A stretch of 63,990 nt of DNA, the filler included, from Octopus bimaculoides (lineage: Eukaryota): NCBI RefSeq assembly GCF_001194135.2. It is 7 parts of 7 records of this genome, joined end to end, with 100 filler letters (N's around TTAATTAATTAA, not from the genome) between each part and the next. Parts side by side here need not be neighbours in the genome. Positions count along the whole stretch, not along the records: positions 1 to 28,573 come from NC_069007.1; 6 more parts are not named here. One strand, given 5' to 3'. A program made the position numbers and the translations under genes. A model generated the notes under the pieces. It had not been told where the DNA came from. It worked only from the letters and a program-made list of their open reading frames with translations, and ran no database searches. Position 1 is the first letter of the stretch, and each line of letters opens with the position of its first letter. Positions 12,640 to 25,366 of the stretch are shown piece by piece.

Positions 12640-12855
12640 TACAAACAGCAAAGCTACATGTTAGTGGAACATGGGCTGTAAACATGGAGGACATGTAAAG
12701 ACTTGAAAGAAATGAAACGAGCATGCTCAGCTGGATATGCAATGTCACTGTGCATGTGCAACAAAGTGTAAAGGTGCTGGGAGAAGAAAACCGGTCATAA
12801 GAGGTATCAGATGTAATGTGCATGAGAGAAGACTACTGGTATGGACATCCTATAT
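12640..12855 (+). mobile_element. RTE-clade LINE fragment (region after the RT domain)
   Basis: TAKLHVSGTWAVNMEDM*RLERNETSMLSWICNVTVHVQQSV...IRGIRCNVHERRL-WYGH. This fits the RTE motifs LHGSETWA and RRLRWYGH. Confidence 0.75.
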
Positions 12856-13072
12856 CAGGGGTTTTCAAACTTTTTGACTTATATTTCAGGCTTTACCTTA
12901 GGGACCCCCTTATAAACGCTTATGAAATTTATACATAAATATTTGCTTAAAATAACATATATTTTTTACATTTGTTTATTTAACAAATAGGTTTATTGTC
13001 AATTAAAAGATTTCGATTAAAAAACATATATAAAATCAAATTGCCCATAAAAAGTATTTTTGAAAACCCCTG
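12856..13072. mobile_element. Non-autonomous hAT (Buster/Charlie-like) MITE, copy 1
   Basis: 14-bp TIR caggggttttcaaa / tttgaaaacccctg, with a perfect 8-bp TSD TCCTATAT at 12848-12855 and 13073-13080. Confidence 0.92.
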
Positions 13073-14419
13073 TCCTATATGATTTGAACACGGAATGCAA
13101 AGAACAGACAGTGCTGATGTGTGTGTGTGTGTGTGCGCTATTCTACCAGTCAGTACTGGTCTTAGCTTTAATGACAGACTAATCTCACAAGTAAATTGCA
13201 AACCTGCATCATGCCATTATTATTGCTATTATCATCTTCATCATCTTCATCATCTTCATCATTATCATCCGCACCATCACTAACATGACAGCCATCATTA
13301 ACCTTCACTAATGTTACCTGTGTTATTCACAGTATTCATAGAAACAAGACAAGAACAATAGTCACCTGTAACCAGGCACATTTTTATTTTTATCATACAA
13401 AGCAGAGTGTGTGTGTGTGTGTGTGTGTATACACTTACACACACAGACATGTCTGTACACCTGTTCTGTTTTTATTAATGCCTACTTATATAAATATATA
13501 TATATAAGTTAAGCACCTGGCAAGCTCATTAGGGCATTGAAGTAATTGCTTTGTCATTTTATTCCATCTTTCTGCATTCTGAGTTCAGATCTTGTCAAGA
13601 CCACTTCTTTACCTTTTGTCTTTTTCCAGCCAATAAATATAAAATCCATTCTGCGTTGCGGTTAATTTCTCTTTCTCTCTCTCTCTCTCATTGTCTGTCT
13701 GTCTGTTTGTCTTTTTCTCTTCTTCCTGGAAGAAAATCTTGGCTATGGTCAAATATGGAAAGGAATGAACTGTGTTGGGTCTAAAAATGTCTGATGACAC
13801 ATTGTGTGTTGGCAACAGCATCCCTACAACTTTGAGGAAGAACACATTATATATAAATATATATATAATACAAATAATAAATGAGTATATGCATATATAC
13901 GTACATGTATGTCCATACATACATCTACATGTATATATCGATGCATATCTGGGTACAGGACGTTGCAAAAAAACCTGGACAAAATGATAAACAGAGTACA
14001 GAAAACACACAGGCCACTTAGAGAACATTTCCTCCATCAGCTGCCACCATTCTAAAACTAAGCATTTCGAAAAGTTAGGGCATATACATATATATATATA
14101 TATAAATCCCCAGTACAGTTACTAAGGGAGGTAACTAAATGTGAAATGGAGAGGAAAAACTTGAAGAAGCCACCAGAGGGAGTAGTTATTGAGGCAAACA
14201 GCAGTATGGTCAAAATGACCATTAAAGGCATGAAGGGGAAAATAGTTGGTCATCAGGTATAATTGGTGAGTTACTGGAAATATCTGCTGGACCAGGCCTC
14301 GGACTGGTGAGCCTGCACCACCAACCGAGTAATACACAGTGGGGTATCATATTCATTAACTGGTATCTTCATTGTTTACTTGTTTCAGTCATTAGACTGC
14401 AGCCATGCTGGAGCACTCG

Positions 14420-14578
14420 TGAAAATCCCAGTACGTAATTGATACTTAACTTCTCGACCTCGAAAGGATGAAAGGCAAAGTTGACCTCGGCGGAATTTGA
14501 ACTTTAGAACCTCAACACAGACGAAATGCCGCTAAGATTTTGCCCAGCATGTTAACGTTTCTGCCAGCTCGTCGCCTT
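14420..14578 (-). mobile_element. SINE family C, partial
   Basis: cgaaaggatgaaaggcaaagttgacctcggcggaatttgaac...ctgccagctcgtcgcc. Confidence 0.8.
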
Positions 14579-14594
14579 CAGGACTCTGATATTC

Positions 14595-15150
14595 TCAGAT
14601 AAATGGATGTGCCCAATATATTGAAGAGCAATCAGTAAGAATTCCATAGGGCAGGGGTTTTCAAACTTTTTGACATTTCAGGCTTTACCTTAAGGACCCC
14701 CTTATAAATGCTTATGAAATTTATACATAAATATTTGCTTAAAATAACATATATTTTTACATTTATTTATTTAACAACATTTAACAAATAGGTTTATTGT
14801 CAATTAAAAAACATATATAAAATCAAATTGCCCATAAAAGTTATTTGCTGTCTTGTCCTTGCGGACCCCCTGTGGTCCGCGGACCACAGTTTGAAAACCC
14901 CTGCCATAGGGTGTTGTTGATGGGATCTGTAGCTGTACATGAGGTGTAATGAAATCAAAGACAGGCTGACAGGGAATGAAGACTTTGCTTGTAAAAGAAT
15001 AGTTAGCAGCCAGAGCACCAGTAAAATGAATTCTTCGCAATGCTTAGATGGCTCTCTAGAAGTAATTGATAGCTTCTGTTACCTAGGCAACCTAATCAGC
15101 AGTGAAAGGGGAGGGTGCTCTGAAAGTGGAGCAGCCAAAATTGAAAAATA
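14595..15150 (+). mobile_element. RTE-clade LINE fragment interrupted by hAT MITE copy 2
   Basis: KWMCPIY...NSI lies before the MITE. After it the frame reads RCNEIKDRLTGNEDFAC...SLEVIDSFCYLGNLISSERGGCSESGAAKI, matching the RTE LEVVDSFRYLG motif. Confidence 0.75.
14652..14903. mobile_element. Non-autonomous hAT (Buster/Charlie-like) MITE, copy 2
   Basis: 15-bp perfect TIR caggggttttcaaac / gtttgaaaacccctg, with a perfect 8-bp TSD CCATAGGG at 14644-14651 and 14904-14911. The body is nearly identical to copy 1. Confidence 0.92.
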
Positions 15151-15489
15151 AAAAAAAAAATGCAGAAAATGTTATGGTGGGGTGGGGGTGTAAGTATTTA
15201 CTTTAGCTGACAAATGTTAAATATGCAAATTAGTGTATCCAGTTGCTTTAACCTGTAATATTAGTGGGTTTATATGTAATGTGTTTGTAATTAGTTAATG
15301 GTTGATGGATACTGACAAAAACAACAAAAAAGAATCGAAGCATCCAAACAACTGTTCCCTCTCTTTCTGTCCACGCACATGTTGTAAATGGTGTCAGCTA
15401 AACAATCTATAGATATGTTCTATGGATGGAATCAGATACTGTTAACACACCAGTAATTTAATGTGTGCCTGTGTCTGTCTTATATATAT

Positions 15490-15820
15490 GTGGCATCTTG
15501 CACAAGTGTCTTCTACTATAGCCCCGGGCCGACCAAAGCCTTGTGAGTGGATTTGGTAGACGGAAACTGAAAGAAGCCCGTCGTATATGTGTGTATATAT
15601 ATATATATGTGTGTGTGTCTGTGTTTGTCCCCCTAGCATTGCTTGACAACCGATGCTGGTGTGTTTACGTCCCCGTCACTTAGCGGTTCGGCAAAAGAGA
15701 CCAATAGAATAAGTACTAGGCTTCCAAAGAATAAGTTGCGCGGTCATTTTGCTCGACTAAAGGCGGTGCTCCAGCATGGCCGCAGTCAAATGACTGAAAC
15801 AAGTAAAAGAGTAAAATAGT
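15490..15820 (+). mobile_element. SINE family B, 5'-truncated
   Basis: gtggcatcttgcacaagtgtcttctactatag...cagtcaaatgactgaaacaagtaaaagagtaaaatag. Confidence 0.85.
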
Positions 15821-16186
15821 ATATATATATATATATATATATTATACTGTGAAACTTAATTTNNNNNNNNNNNNNNNNNNNNNNNNNNNNNNNNNNNNNN
15901 NNNNNNNNNNNNNNNNNNNNNNNNNNNNNNNNNNNNNNNNNNNNNNNNNNNNNNNNNNNNNNNNNNNNNNNNNNNNNNNNNNNNNNNNNNNNNNNNNNNN
16001 NNNNNNNNNNNNNNNNNNNNNNNNNNNNNNNNNNNNNNNNNNNNNNNNNNNNNNNNNNNNNNNNNNNNNNNNNNNNNNNNNNNNNNNNNNNNNNNNNTGG
16101 GTAGATTAGATAAAAAGTTGTCTGGTTTTCCTTAGAATCAATCCAGAACATAAATATCAATATTTATACATTCGTACATATTCATG

Positions 16187-16236
<50 letters not shown>

Positions 16237-16320
16237 TATACATATATGTTTATATTTATTTATTCATTCATATGTATATATACATGCATTTGTATGTATA
16301 TGTATACTTCTACACTCGTG

Positions 16321-16351
<31 letters not shown>

Positions 16352-17416
16352 ATACATATATATATTTGTATTAGCTGTTTATACTCAGTGTAGAAGTGAT
16401 GTCAGAGTTCTGTGGTTTCATGTGGTGTCGCTGTTGTGACTGTTTCTGCTAGGAATTCTCCTGAAACTCTAAGATTCCAGCCACCACAGATCCGTTCTCC
16501 ATCTTTGAAAGCGTTCTCCATCCTTAACATTGTTCCGCATCACTTCACTTGTTGTGAACAGGAGTTCTTCAGTGTTGTTGCTGTTGCTGTTCTCAGTGAC
16601 CTTTCGTTCACTGTTTGATTTCCTGTGGGTGGGTGCATATTAGAAGCAGGAGGCAGTGTTTATATAGTTACATACATACATATATAATATAATATTATAT
16701 ATATATATATAATGAATATNNNNNNNNNNNNNNNNNNNNNNNNNNNNNNNNNNNNNNNNNNNNNNNNNNNNNNNNNNNNNNNNNNNNNNNNNNNNNNNNN
16801 NNNNNNNNNNNNNNNNNNNNNNNNNNNNNNNNNNNNNNNNNNNNNNNNNNNNNNNNNNNNNNNNNNNNNNNNNNNNNNNNNNNNNNNNNNNNNNNNNNNN
16901 NNNNNNNNNNNNNNNNNNNNNNNNNNNNNNNNNNNNNNNNNNNNNNNNNNNNNNNNNNNNNNNNNNNNNNNNNNNNNNNNNNNNNNNNNNNNNNNNNNNN
17001 NNNNNNNNNNNNNNNNNNNNNNNNNNNNNNNNNNNNNNNNNNNNNNNNNNNNNNNNNNNNNNNNNNNNNNNNNNNNNNNNNNNNNNNNNNNNNNNNNNNN
17101 NNNNNNNNNNNNNNNNNNNNNNNNNNNNNNNNNNNNNNNNNNNNNNNNNNNNNNNNNNNNNNNNNNNNNNNNNNNNNNNNNNNNNNNNNNNNNNNNNNNN
17201 NNNNNNNNNNNNNNNNNNNNNNNNNNNNNNNNNNNNNNNNNNNNNNNNNNNNNNNNNNNNNNNNNNNNNNNNNNNNNNNNNNNNNNNNNNNNNNNNNNNN
17301 NNNNNNNNNNNNNNNNNNNNNNNNNNNNNNNNNNNNNNNNNNNNNNNNNNNNNNNNNNNNNNNNNNNNNNNNNNNNNNNNNNNNNNNNNNNNNNNNNNNN
17401 NNNNNNNNNNNNNNNN

Positions 17417-17447
<31 letters not shown>

Positions 17448-17493
17448 GTATGTATATATGTATATAGATATATATATGTATGTATATATGTAT

Positions 17494-17538
<45 letters not shown>

Positions 17539-18018
17539 ATATATATATATTCAGTGTTTAGACAGTGTAAGGAATGGACTTGACATTAGCTCCATTCTTT
17601 GAGTAGTTGTTGTGGCTAAAGAATATGTCAAATTAATTCAATGAACTCTTCCTTATTTATTCCTGACTATTCTCTGTTCTATATTGCTTTTGCTGCTGTA
17701 CTGCTACTTAGAGTCACTTCCTGTTTCTTTCTCACATTCAGTAACCTATAGTTCCACCTATATGTCTGTCTCTCCGACACATTTAGCAGCCCATAATTTT
17801 CTTGTCTCTCGTTAGCCTATAGTTCTCTCCTCTCTCATTAACCTATAGTTCTGTTGTCACCCACTCACACATTTAATAGTCTACAGTTGTATTATAAAAC
17901 TTGTTAATGTAATCAGTGTTATATTGTCAGACTCAGCTGCCAAATAGGTCCTCCAGGTAGACACAGTTTGTCTCTATAGGACTATCAATGTTTAACTACC
18001 CTTATAGAATATTACTGG

Positions 18019-18236
18019 TGGAGGCACAATGGCCCAGTGGTTAGGGCAGCAGACTCGCGGTCATAGGATCGCAGTTTCGATTCCCAGACCGGGCGTTCTG
18101 AGTGTTTATTGTGCGAAAACACCTAAAGCTCCACGAGGTTCCGGCAGGGGATGGTGGCGAACCCTGCTGTACTCTTTCCCCACAAATTTCTCTCACTCTT
18201 CCTGTTTCTGTTGTGCTTGTAATTCAAAGGGGTCAG
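18019..18236 (+). mobile_element. SINE family A, 5' half only
   Basis: tRNA-like head ggaggcacaatggcccagtggttagggcagcagactcg...gtttcgattccc. Similarity stops after aattcaaaggggtcagcc. Confidence 0.85.
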
Positions 18237-18646
18237 CCACCTTTAGGTGTAATTGTTTCTGCCAACCAGATTCCACTTAAAAGAAATGACTCAAAGCAAG
18301 AACACAGGGAAAAGACTGTACAGGGATTGAACCTGGACATAGGTGATTGCAAAGTAAATTTCTTAACCACACCATCATCTGTTTGTGTGTGTGTGTCTGT
18401 GTGTTTGCTAAGAAAATATGTTACGAAAAAGCACAAACACTTTCCAATTACTGTTAATAATGATTAATATTCCTAATTATTAAAGCATTTTATCAAAACA
18501 AGAATCATAATTATGGTGTGAGATGTAAATAAAAGATAATTTGTAAGAATCTGACTGGTTTCTCCATGGAATGGTATGTTGTGATAACATCGATATGAGA
18601 CATTCTGCAGCAAGGAAGCAGATGCCTGCTGTATTATATATACATA

Positions 18647-18690
<44 letters not shown>

Positions 18691-19299
18691 TATGTATGTA
18701 TATATACACACATATGTATCTGAGGTTCACAGTGACTTCAAGCTTTCCATCTTGTGAGGCTTGTTGAATCAAAATCTGAATCTGAATGAGCTGAGCACCG
18801 TCCAAGCGCGACCGTTGCCAGGGCAGCTGCCTGGCTTCCGGGCCAGTGGCACGTAAATAGCACCAGCGTGATCGTTACCAGCATTTGTTTTGGCTCTTTG
18901 TGGTCTGAGTTCAAATTCTTACAAGGTCAACTCTGCCTTTCATTCTTCCAGCGTTGATGAAAGAAAATACAAATCAAATACTGGGTCAGCTACTGGCTGG
19001 CCAAGACAAATGTAAGGAACTTGTCTGTGTGCTAGGGTCTACACCCCACAGAAATGTTTGTAGTTGAGCACCACTGCACCGATCTATGAATCTGTTCCAT
19101 TATGGGGATGACAAAGAACCAAGATATATGGCACCACATTGTTGTACTCAAGAAGACCTGCCAACCACATCAGAATCGATATTCAAAAACCACCTTGGTA
19201 ATGCTTATCCAAAAGGGGGCTCTTCCCCGTCTATCTTCTCCATTTTATTCCCTAATACCCCAAAAGCGCTGATGCTGGTGCCATGCAAAAGCACTGATG

Positions 19300-19525
19300 T
19301 TGGTATCATAAAAAGCATCAGTGCTGGTGCCACATATAGGGCACTGATGTTGGTGCCATATAAAAAAAGCACCTTGTACGCTCTGGAGCATTAGGAAGGG
19401 CATCCAGCTGTAGAAACAAAGCCAAAAACAGACAATTGATAGTGGTGCAACTCCCAGCCTTACCAGCTTCTGTCAAGCTGTCCAACCCATGCCTGCATAG
19501 AAAATGGATGTTTAATGATGGTAAT
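19300..19525 (+). mobile_element. Interspersed repeat family D
   Basis: ttaggaagggcatccagctgtagaaac...ccaacccatgcctgcatagaaaatggatgtttaatgatg, shared with the reverse-oriented copies near 9857 and 10437. Confidence 0.55.
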
Positions 19526-20252
19526 GTCCCTGTATTGCATAAGGGTTGACCCTACAGTTTGAATCTCTCCAGAATATTCCGTTTTCCTCTTTTGTTAACA
19601 TTGCACAAGTCTCTCCGGGTCATTGTTCTTATGGGCTGAGAAATGGTGAATCCCATCTGCTTAACAATTTACAAGATTTCTAATTCCAAAGAATTGTCAA
19701 CAATGGATTCATTGTTTTAGTTGGTTGGTTGTTGAGGCAGAAAATTTTGTCTCTCTTTTTTTTTTTTTTTTTTNNNNNNNNNNTTTTTTTTTTTTTGTTT
19801 TGTTTCTATTTTTATATTCATTATGGCTTCTGCATTATTTGTTTGTCTGACGTCATATGATTGTTCCAGGAAAAATAGATTGTGTGATGATTGTCTTAAC
19901 AACATGCTGGACTGGTATCATCAACATATAATCATAAACTCTATAATCATCATCATCACCATAACCATTGTGGTAATTATATGGAAATATGTTCAAATCT
20001 TGCTCCAACAACTATGTGATATTCAACTAGTTAAAAACGAGACACTATTTTATTTGGCACCATATTCCATTTTGTCTGAATGCCGAACACATAGCACTCC
20101 TAACTCGATCGTTGAGTGCTTTAACTGGGGGGGGGGGGCAGACGACAAACTGTATACACGTTCATGGATCTGATGATAAACATTAGTCATCCCACCCTTC
20201 TGGTGGGAGGAAAATGTATTTAATATTAAAATACTAATTAGAAATAACATGT

Positions 20253-20641
20253 GGAGGCGCAATGGCCCAGTGGTTAGGGCAGCAGACTCGCGGTCATAGG
20301 ATCGTGGTTTCGATTCCCAGACCGGGCGTTGTGAGTGTTTATTGAGCGAAAACACCTAAAGCTCCATGAGGCTCCGGCAGGGGATGGTGGCGAACCCTGC
20401 TGTACTCTTTCACCACAACTTTCTCTCACTCTTACTTCCTGTTTCTGTTGTGCCTGTAATTCAAAGGGTCAGCCTTGTCACACTCTGTGTCACGCTGAAT
20501 ATCCCCGAGAACTACGTTAAGGGTACGCGTGTCTGTGGAGTGCTCAGCCACTTGTACGTTAATTTCACGAGTAGGCTGTTCCGTTGATCGGATCAACTGG
20601 AACCCTCGACGCCGTAAGCGACGGAGTGGCAACCAACAACA
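20253..20641 (+). mobile_element. tRNA-derived SINE family A, full-length reference copy with TSD
   Basis: A box TGGCCCAGTGG, B box GGTTTCGATTCC and an (AAC)n tail. Perfect 13-bp TSD AGAAATAACATGT at 20240-20252 and 20642-20654. Confidence 0.92.
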
Positions 20642-21835
20642 AGAAATAACATGTAATGAGATAGACAGACAGATAGAGTTGAGTGTGGAGTTAATGATAA
20701 TATTTAACACAAACTGCATCTAAACATTGACTTGAAATAAATATCAACATTTTATGGCTGCTTTCCAAGCTGTATTGAAAAGTTGTTAGTTACTGCTCTC
20801 CAAGATTAATCAGAAGTTGGTAGGACATGTCTTGTTCCAATCTTCCATTTCAGGTATATTTTGTATGACTGGACACCTGTCCAGAGAGACTGGAGTACAT
20901 TTTATCACGATGCCAACACCTGAGATGTGATGGTCGTGTTCTCTCAATTCTTTCGCGGAGAACAATCCCAGAGAAACTATAAACTCTCACCCCCACCCAC
21001 CCCTGTTATGTTAGCATCTTCTTGTATTATCAATGATATCCTAACTAAACTACCCTCCCACCTTTACTGTCAATGAAATAACAAACGAGAGAAAAATTTA
21101 AAGCAAAATTTCTATTTTTAAAACAAAATCTAACTTGAATAAGAATCTGACTTGTTACACATCTGTCTCTGGTTATCTCAGTACTGTTATCTTTTAATTC
21201 CAGTTGATAACAGAATTAATTCAACAGCCAAATGTCTCACATTTTACATTCCCTTCTCTTCTTACAATGTTTCCAGATTTTTCTCTGTCTTAATCCTGAT
21301 GCTTCCTTTCAATCACTTATCAGGGGCCCCTTATAGCCTTGTAAACAAGACTAAAGAGTGATTGATAAAGTTCATTGTCTGTCACTATAACAGTGTTGTA
21401 GCCATCACTCTTAACTCCCAATCACTCACTTATATAAGTCACTGTTATCATCACAGTGTTGTAGCCATCCCACTTAACTCCCAACCACTCACTGGTTTAC
21501 AGTACAGTGCTGGATTGAATTCCTGCCATGACAAGTGGGGCAAATCCTGGGAAAAAAGGGTTTATCACCGAGAGAACCAGGTATAAGGACCAAACCCTTT
21601 GGTTCTTTGTGATTTTGAAAGATATCAACTCTTTTACTCAGTTATGCTGGCATTTGGGGTTTTGAAAGAAAATTATTGAAAGTTGTGTAGTTTGTGTTCT
21701 TTGGATTTATGGAAGTGAAAAGAGGAAAATATTGGTTGAAAGAAGTGTTTTAGAGGGATACAGTTGAAGTAATTGATAGAAACACAGAACATCTCAACAG
21801 AAATATGGTAACAAAAAGGTTAACAAATGATTAAT

Positions 21836-22021
21836 TTAACCCTTTTGATACCAACCCGCCTGAAACCACCTCTGGCTCTGTAGTACTAATGTCTGAATTA
21901 AAATCTTCCACTAAACCTTAGTCACAATTTATGTTCCTGACACTAGCTGAATGGTAATTAAATTATTTTGCTAAATTCTTTGTTATATTTAAAATTAATT
22001 GGAAGAAACACAGAGCATCTC
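21836..22021. mobile_element. TTAA-flanked (piggyBac-like) MITE remnant, truncated by SINE A
   Basis: Starts ttaacccttttgatacc. The opposite-end motif ggtaacaaaaaggttaa of an adjacent copy lies just upstream (about 21807-21823). The internal motif aaacacaga.catctcaac occurs twice (near 21780 and 22005). Confidence 0.45.
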
Positions 22022-22293
22022 AACAGACACGTGTACCCTTAACGTAGTTCTCGGGGATATTCAGCGTGACACAATGTGACAAGCCTGACCCTTTGAATTA
22101 CACGCACAACAGAAACAGGAAGTAAGAGTGAGAGAAAGAGTACAGCAGGGTTCACCACCATCCCCTGCCGGAGCCTCGTGGAGCTTTAGGTGTTTTCACT
22201 CAATAAACACTCACAATGCCCAGTCTGGGAATCAAAACCGCGATCCTATGACCACGAGTCCACTGCCCTAACCACTGGGTCATTGCGCCTCCA
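22022..22293 (-). mobile_element. SINE family A, 3'-truncated
   Basis: acagacacgtgtacccttaacg...ccattgcgcctccac. Confidence 0.85.
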
Positions 22294-23202
22294 CTGTGCT
22301 GTACACACCTCCTTCAAAGACCCAATCTCTACTTGAGTCTTTGAAGATGTGAGAATCACTTCATGAGTCTCCACAGTACCCCGTTATATGACTCTCAAGA
22401 TCCTGAGAGTATATTTGACATAAGAGTCATTAATTAGTCAACTCTAATAAATTCATTTTTATTCGTTATATCTAACTTTCATTTTTTTTTTTCAATTTGT
22501 TTTCAGTCAATTTGTCTAATGAACAGAAGCTATGATTTCATTCATTGTTTGATCAACTTTTAAAGGAAGGTAAATGATTTTTTTGTTTAATTGCTTTACT
22601 TAATTATTATTGTTGTTGTTGTTTTTTTTGTCTTTTAAAAGTTTGGTCCATGAGGACTTAGCCTTTTGTTACCCCACAGTTTTTGGGAATTGACTCAAAT
22701 TGACATTCCTCACTAATTCCACCATCTCCAAAGACTTTATGATGAAGAAATCAAAATCTTATTAACTCAAAAAGCAAACTTAGTTACTGTTGTTGCTTGG
22801 CTCCACCAAATCATTGAACAGACCAAGGAAAGCAGACATTCCAGTTGTGACAATCCCTTCTTCTTGTATATCAGGAACTTGTTTGTCAAATATATAGTTT
22901 AAGATAGTTTGATTTGATGTAGAATTGACTGTTATTTCCTGTAACTCAAGCAACCATATAAAAGCTCCCTTGTTGAACAAGATCAGCCAACTGATGGTTC
23001 TTCATGTTGTGGAGTGGAGGGTGATATTATTTGGCAGTGATTGAGCAGACAGACCAGATGATGCTTTTGCCTTCAGATAGGTTATTCGTGTAAGAAATGG
23101 TGCTGCTTGTGGTGAATTTCAGACAGAAAAGAACAAGGGATGTGTTTTGTTAATCCGTCTGTATTTGTCCCTTTCTGTTTGAACTTGGGTGCTTGTATTG
23201 TT

Positions 23203-23378
23203 GCAGGAGTGGCTGTGTGGTAAGTAGCTTGCTTACCAAACACATGGTTCCGGGTTCATTCCCACTGCGTGGCACCTTGGGCAAGTGTCTTCTACTATAG
23301 CCTCGGGCCGACCAAAGCCTTCTGAGTGGATTTGGTAGACGGAAACTGAAAGAAGCCCGTCGTATATATGTATATATA
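23203..23378 (+). mobile_element. SINE family B, 5' part running into a gap
   Basis: gcaggagtggctgtgtggtaagtagcttgcttacc...ggttccgggttcattcccactgcgtggcaccttgggcaagtgtc. Confidence 0.88.
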
Positions 23379-24269
23379 NNNNNNNNNNNNNNNNNNNNNN
23401 NNNNNNNNNNNNNNNNNNNNNNNNNNNNNNNNNNNNNNNNNNNNNNNNNNNNNNNNNNNNNNNNNNNNNNNNNNNNNNNNNNNNNNNNNNNNNNNNNNNN
23501 NNNNNNNNNNNNNNNNNNNNNNNNNNNNNNNNNNNNNNNNNNNNNNNNNNNNNNNNNNNNNNNNNNNNNNNNNNNNNNNNNNNNNNNNNNNNNNNNNNNN
23601 NNNNNNNNNNNNNNNNNNNNNNNNNNNNNNNNNNNNNNNNNNNNNNNNNNNNNNNNNNNNNNNNNNNNNNNNNNNNNNNNNNNNNNNNNNNNNNNNNNNN
23701 NNNNNNNNNNNNNNNNNNNNNNNNNNNNNNNNNNNNNNNNNNNNNNNNNNNNNNNNNNNNNNNNNNNNNNNNNNNNNNNNNNNNNNNNNNNNNNNNNNNN
23801 NNNNNNNNNNNNNNNNNNNNNNNNNNNNNNNNNNNNNNNNNNNNNNNNNNNNNNNNNNNNNNNNNNNNNNNNNNNNNNNNNNNNNNNNNNNNNNNNATAA
23901 TTATAGAATAACACACACCAAGTTCCTCAACGAAGACTTCTCAAACAACTAAAAGATAACAACATTAATAAAGATTTCTATCGTGTGTAATCCTTTCAAG
24001 ATAAAGGTGAATCCAGTGATGGAAGAGTTTCCGAGTATGCGTGTTAATGACGTTTGAAGACTTGTCTAAAACGTGCGCGTGTCTGTGTCTGTGTGTGTCT
24101 GACGGGGCTGTAGAACGCCTTCAGTCATTAGTCTACTGAATAAAGCATGATCTGGAGATAAGCAACAACAATTAGTTTGTAGTGAAACCTCTCTCTCGGC
24201 CATTCAATCACAAATGATAACGAAGCTGCTAACATTTAGCTTTCGGCTACCTTGGCCCTTTCTGTCCTA

Positions 24270-24375
24270 CATCCTGATTGGTTCTTATTTTTGCGCGGCA
24301 ATTGTCCCCATGTTCTGCTTGCTAAGGGGGCATTACATCCAATCGTGGCTTTGGGATAAAAGTCACGTGATAGAG
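24270..24375. promoter_or_regulatory. Candidate Pol II promoter: two CCAAT boxes and a GTCACGTGA E-box
   Basis: ctgattgg at 24274-24281, ccaatc at 24338-24343 and gtcacgtgat at 24362-24371, in unique sequence with CpGs. Motif evidence only. Confidence 0.35.
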
Positions 24376-25335
24376 AGTTTTAATGGGCTTCCACTCACGA
24401 ATAACAGTCAGAACTAACTAGCGAGAATATACTATACCAGGTAACAGGTTCGACGCTCAACACACATAGTGTGACACCACAGCTCTGCTACTTGGCCACA
24501 ACTTCCTGCATATGAACATTCTATCTCCTTGTGTAACTTTAATACGAACTGGTTTTTCTCTATCTCAGTGTTTTGAGATTTTTTACAGTCTATGTTACAG
24601 ACACTCTTTCTATGTTCTGTGTTACTCTCATCACACACACATTTGTACACTCACATATTGTACACACACTATTGTTTATACGACTGTCCGTCACTTCACA
24701 TTGTTGTATACCTTCTCTTGTATCAAAATGCCTGATTTATCTACTGTGTTAATTTTATATGTCGCATGCACGCACACACAGACAAACAGTTTCACTTTGT
24801 TAATAAATTTATTCTTGTTATATATCTAACGGTTGAGTTTGACCTAGGTTCTTTACTGGCACTTGGCTCGTATCTCTAACGACGAGCCTTCCAACTTATA
24901 TATCTTGTTTTGTGTTCGACCGTGCGACATGGTAAAAAGGAGCCTTTAACGTCTACGTCGCCATCTCATTTGGTTCGTTCGGTCGAAGGATTACAAATTC
25001 TTGTTTTAGTGATCAGAAGCAGATGAAAAGACAAATTCAGTTGTGGAAGCGATTTGAAAGGAGAAAAGTAAAAAGGATGTGGTAACTACCGCAAGGTACC
25101 CGTTTTACCAAATAATGTTACAGAAACAATAGATCCTTTCAGGAATTTAACTCACTAGGTTTTTTTTGTTCAAATTTAATTGGTTTTATCTCTAAAACGA
25201 CTTCGTTATTTTAACGCCAAGGGAGGTAATTCCCGATAACTGAAAATTATCTCCCTTGTCACTCTTTTGAAAATGACCTTTTTCAATTTGTTCTTTTCCC
25301 GTCGATTTCAGATTGTTTTATCAACCAAAGATTTG

Positions 25336-25366
<31 letters not shown>

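Noticed and set aside
16395-16640. Unique island with 40-68-codon open frames on both strands
   Set aside because: There is no recognisable motif and no consistent splice sites, and frames this short are expected by chance.
20253-20330. tRNA-like sequence with A and B boxes
   Set aside because: It is the head of SINE A. It has no acceptor-stem closure, continues into the SINE body, and is repeated in several copies.
20600-20641. Possible match of the SINE A tail to the RTE 3' end at 49845-49880
   Set aside because: Only short patches (acgga..gcca.c) agree, which is too weak to claim without consensus sequences.
21370-21495. Tandem duplication of about 65 bp; also 11-15-bp tandem units at about 27690-27745 and a 21-bp duplication near 55000
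   Set aside because: These are ordinary slippage-type local duplications with no further structure.
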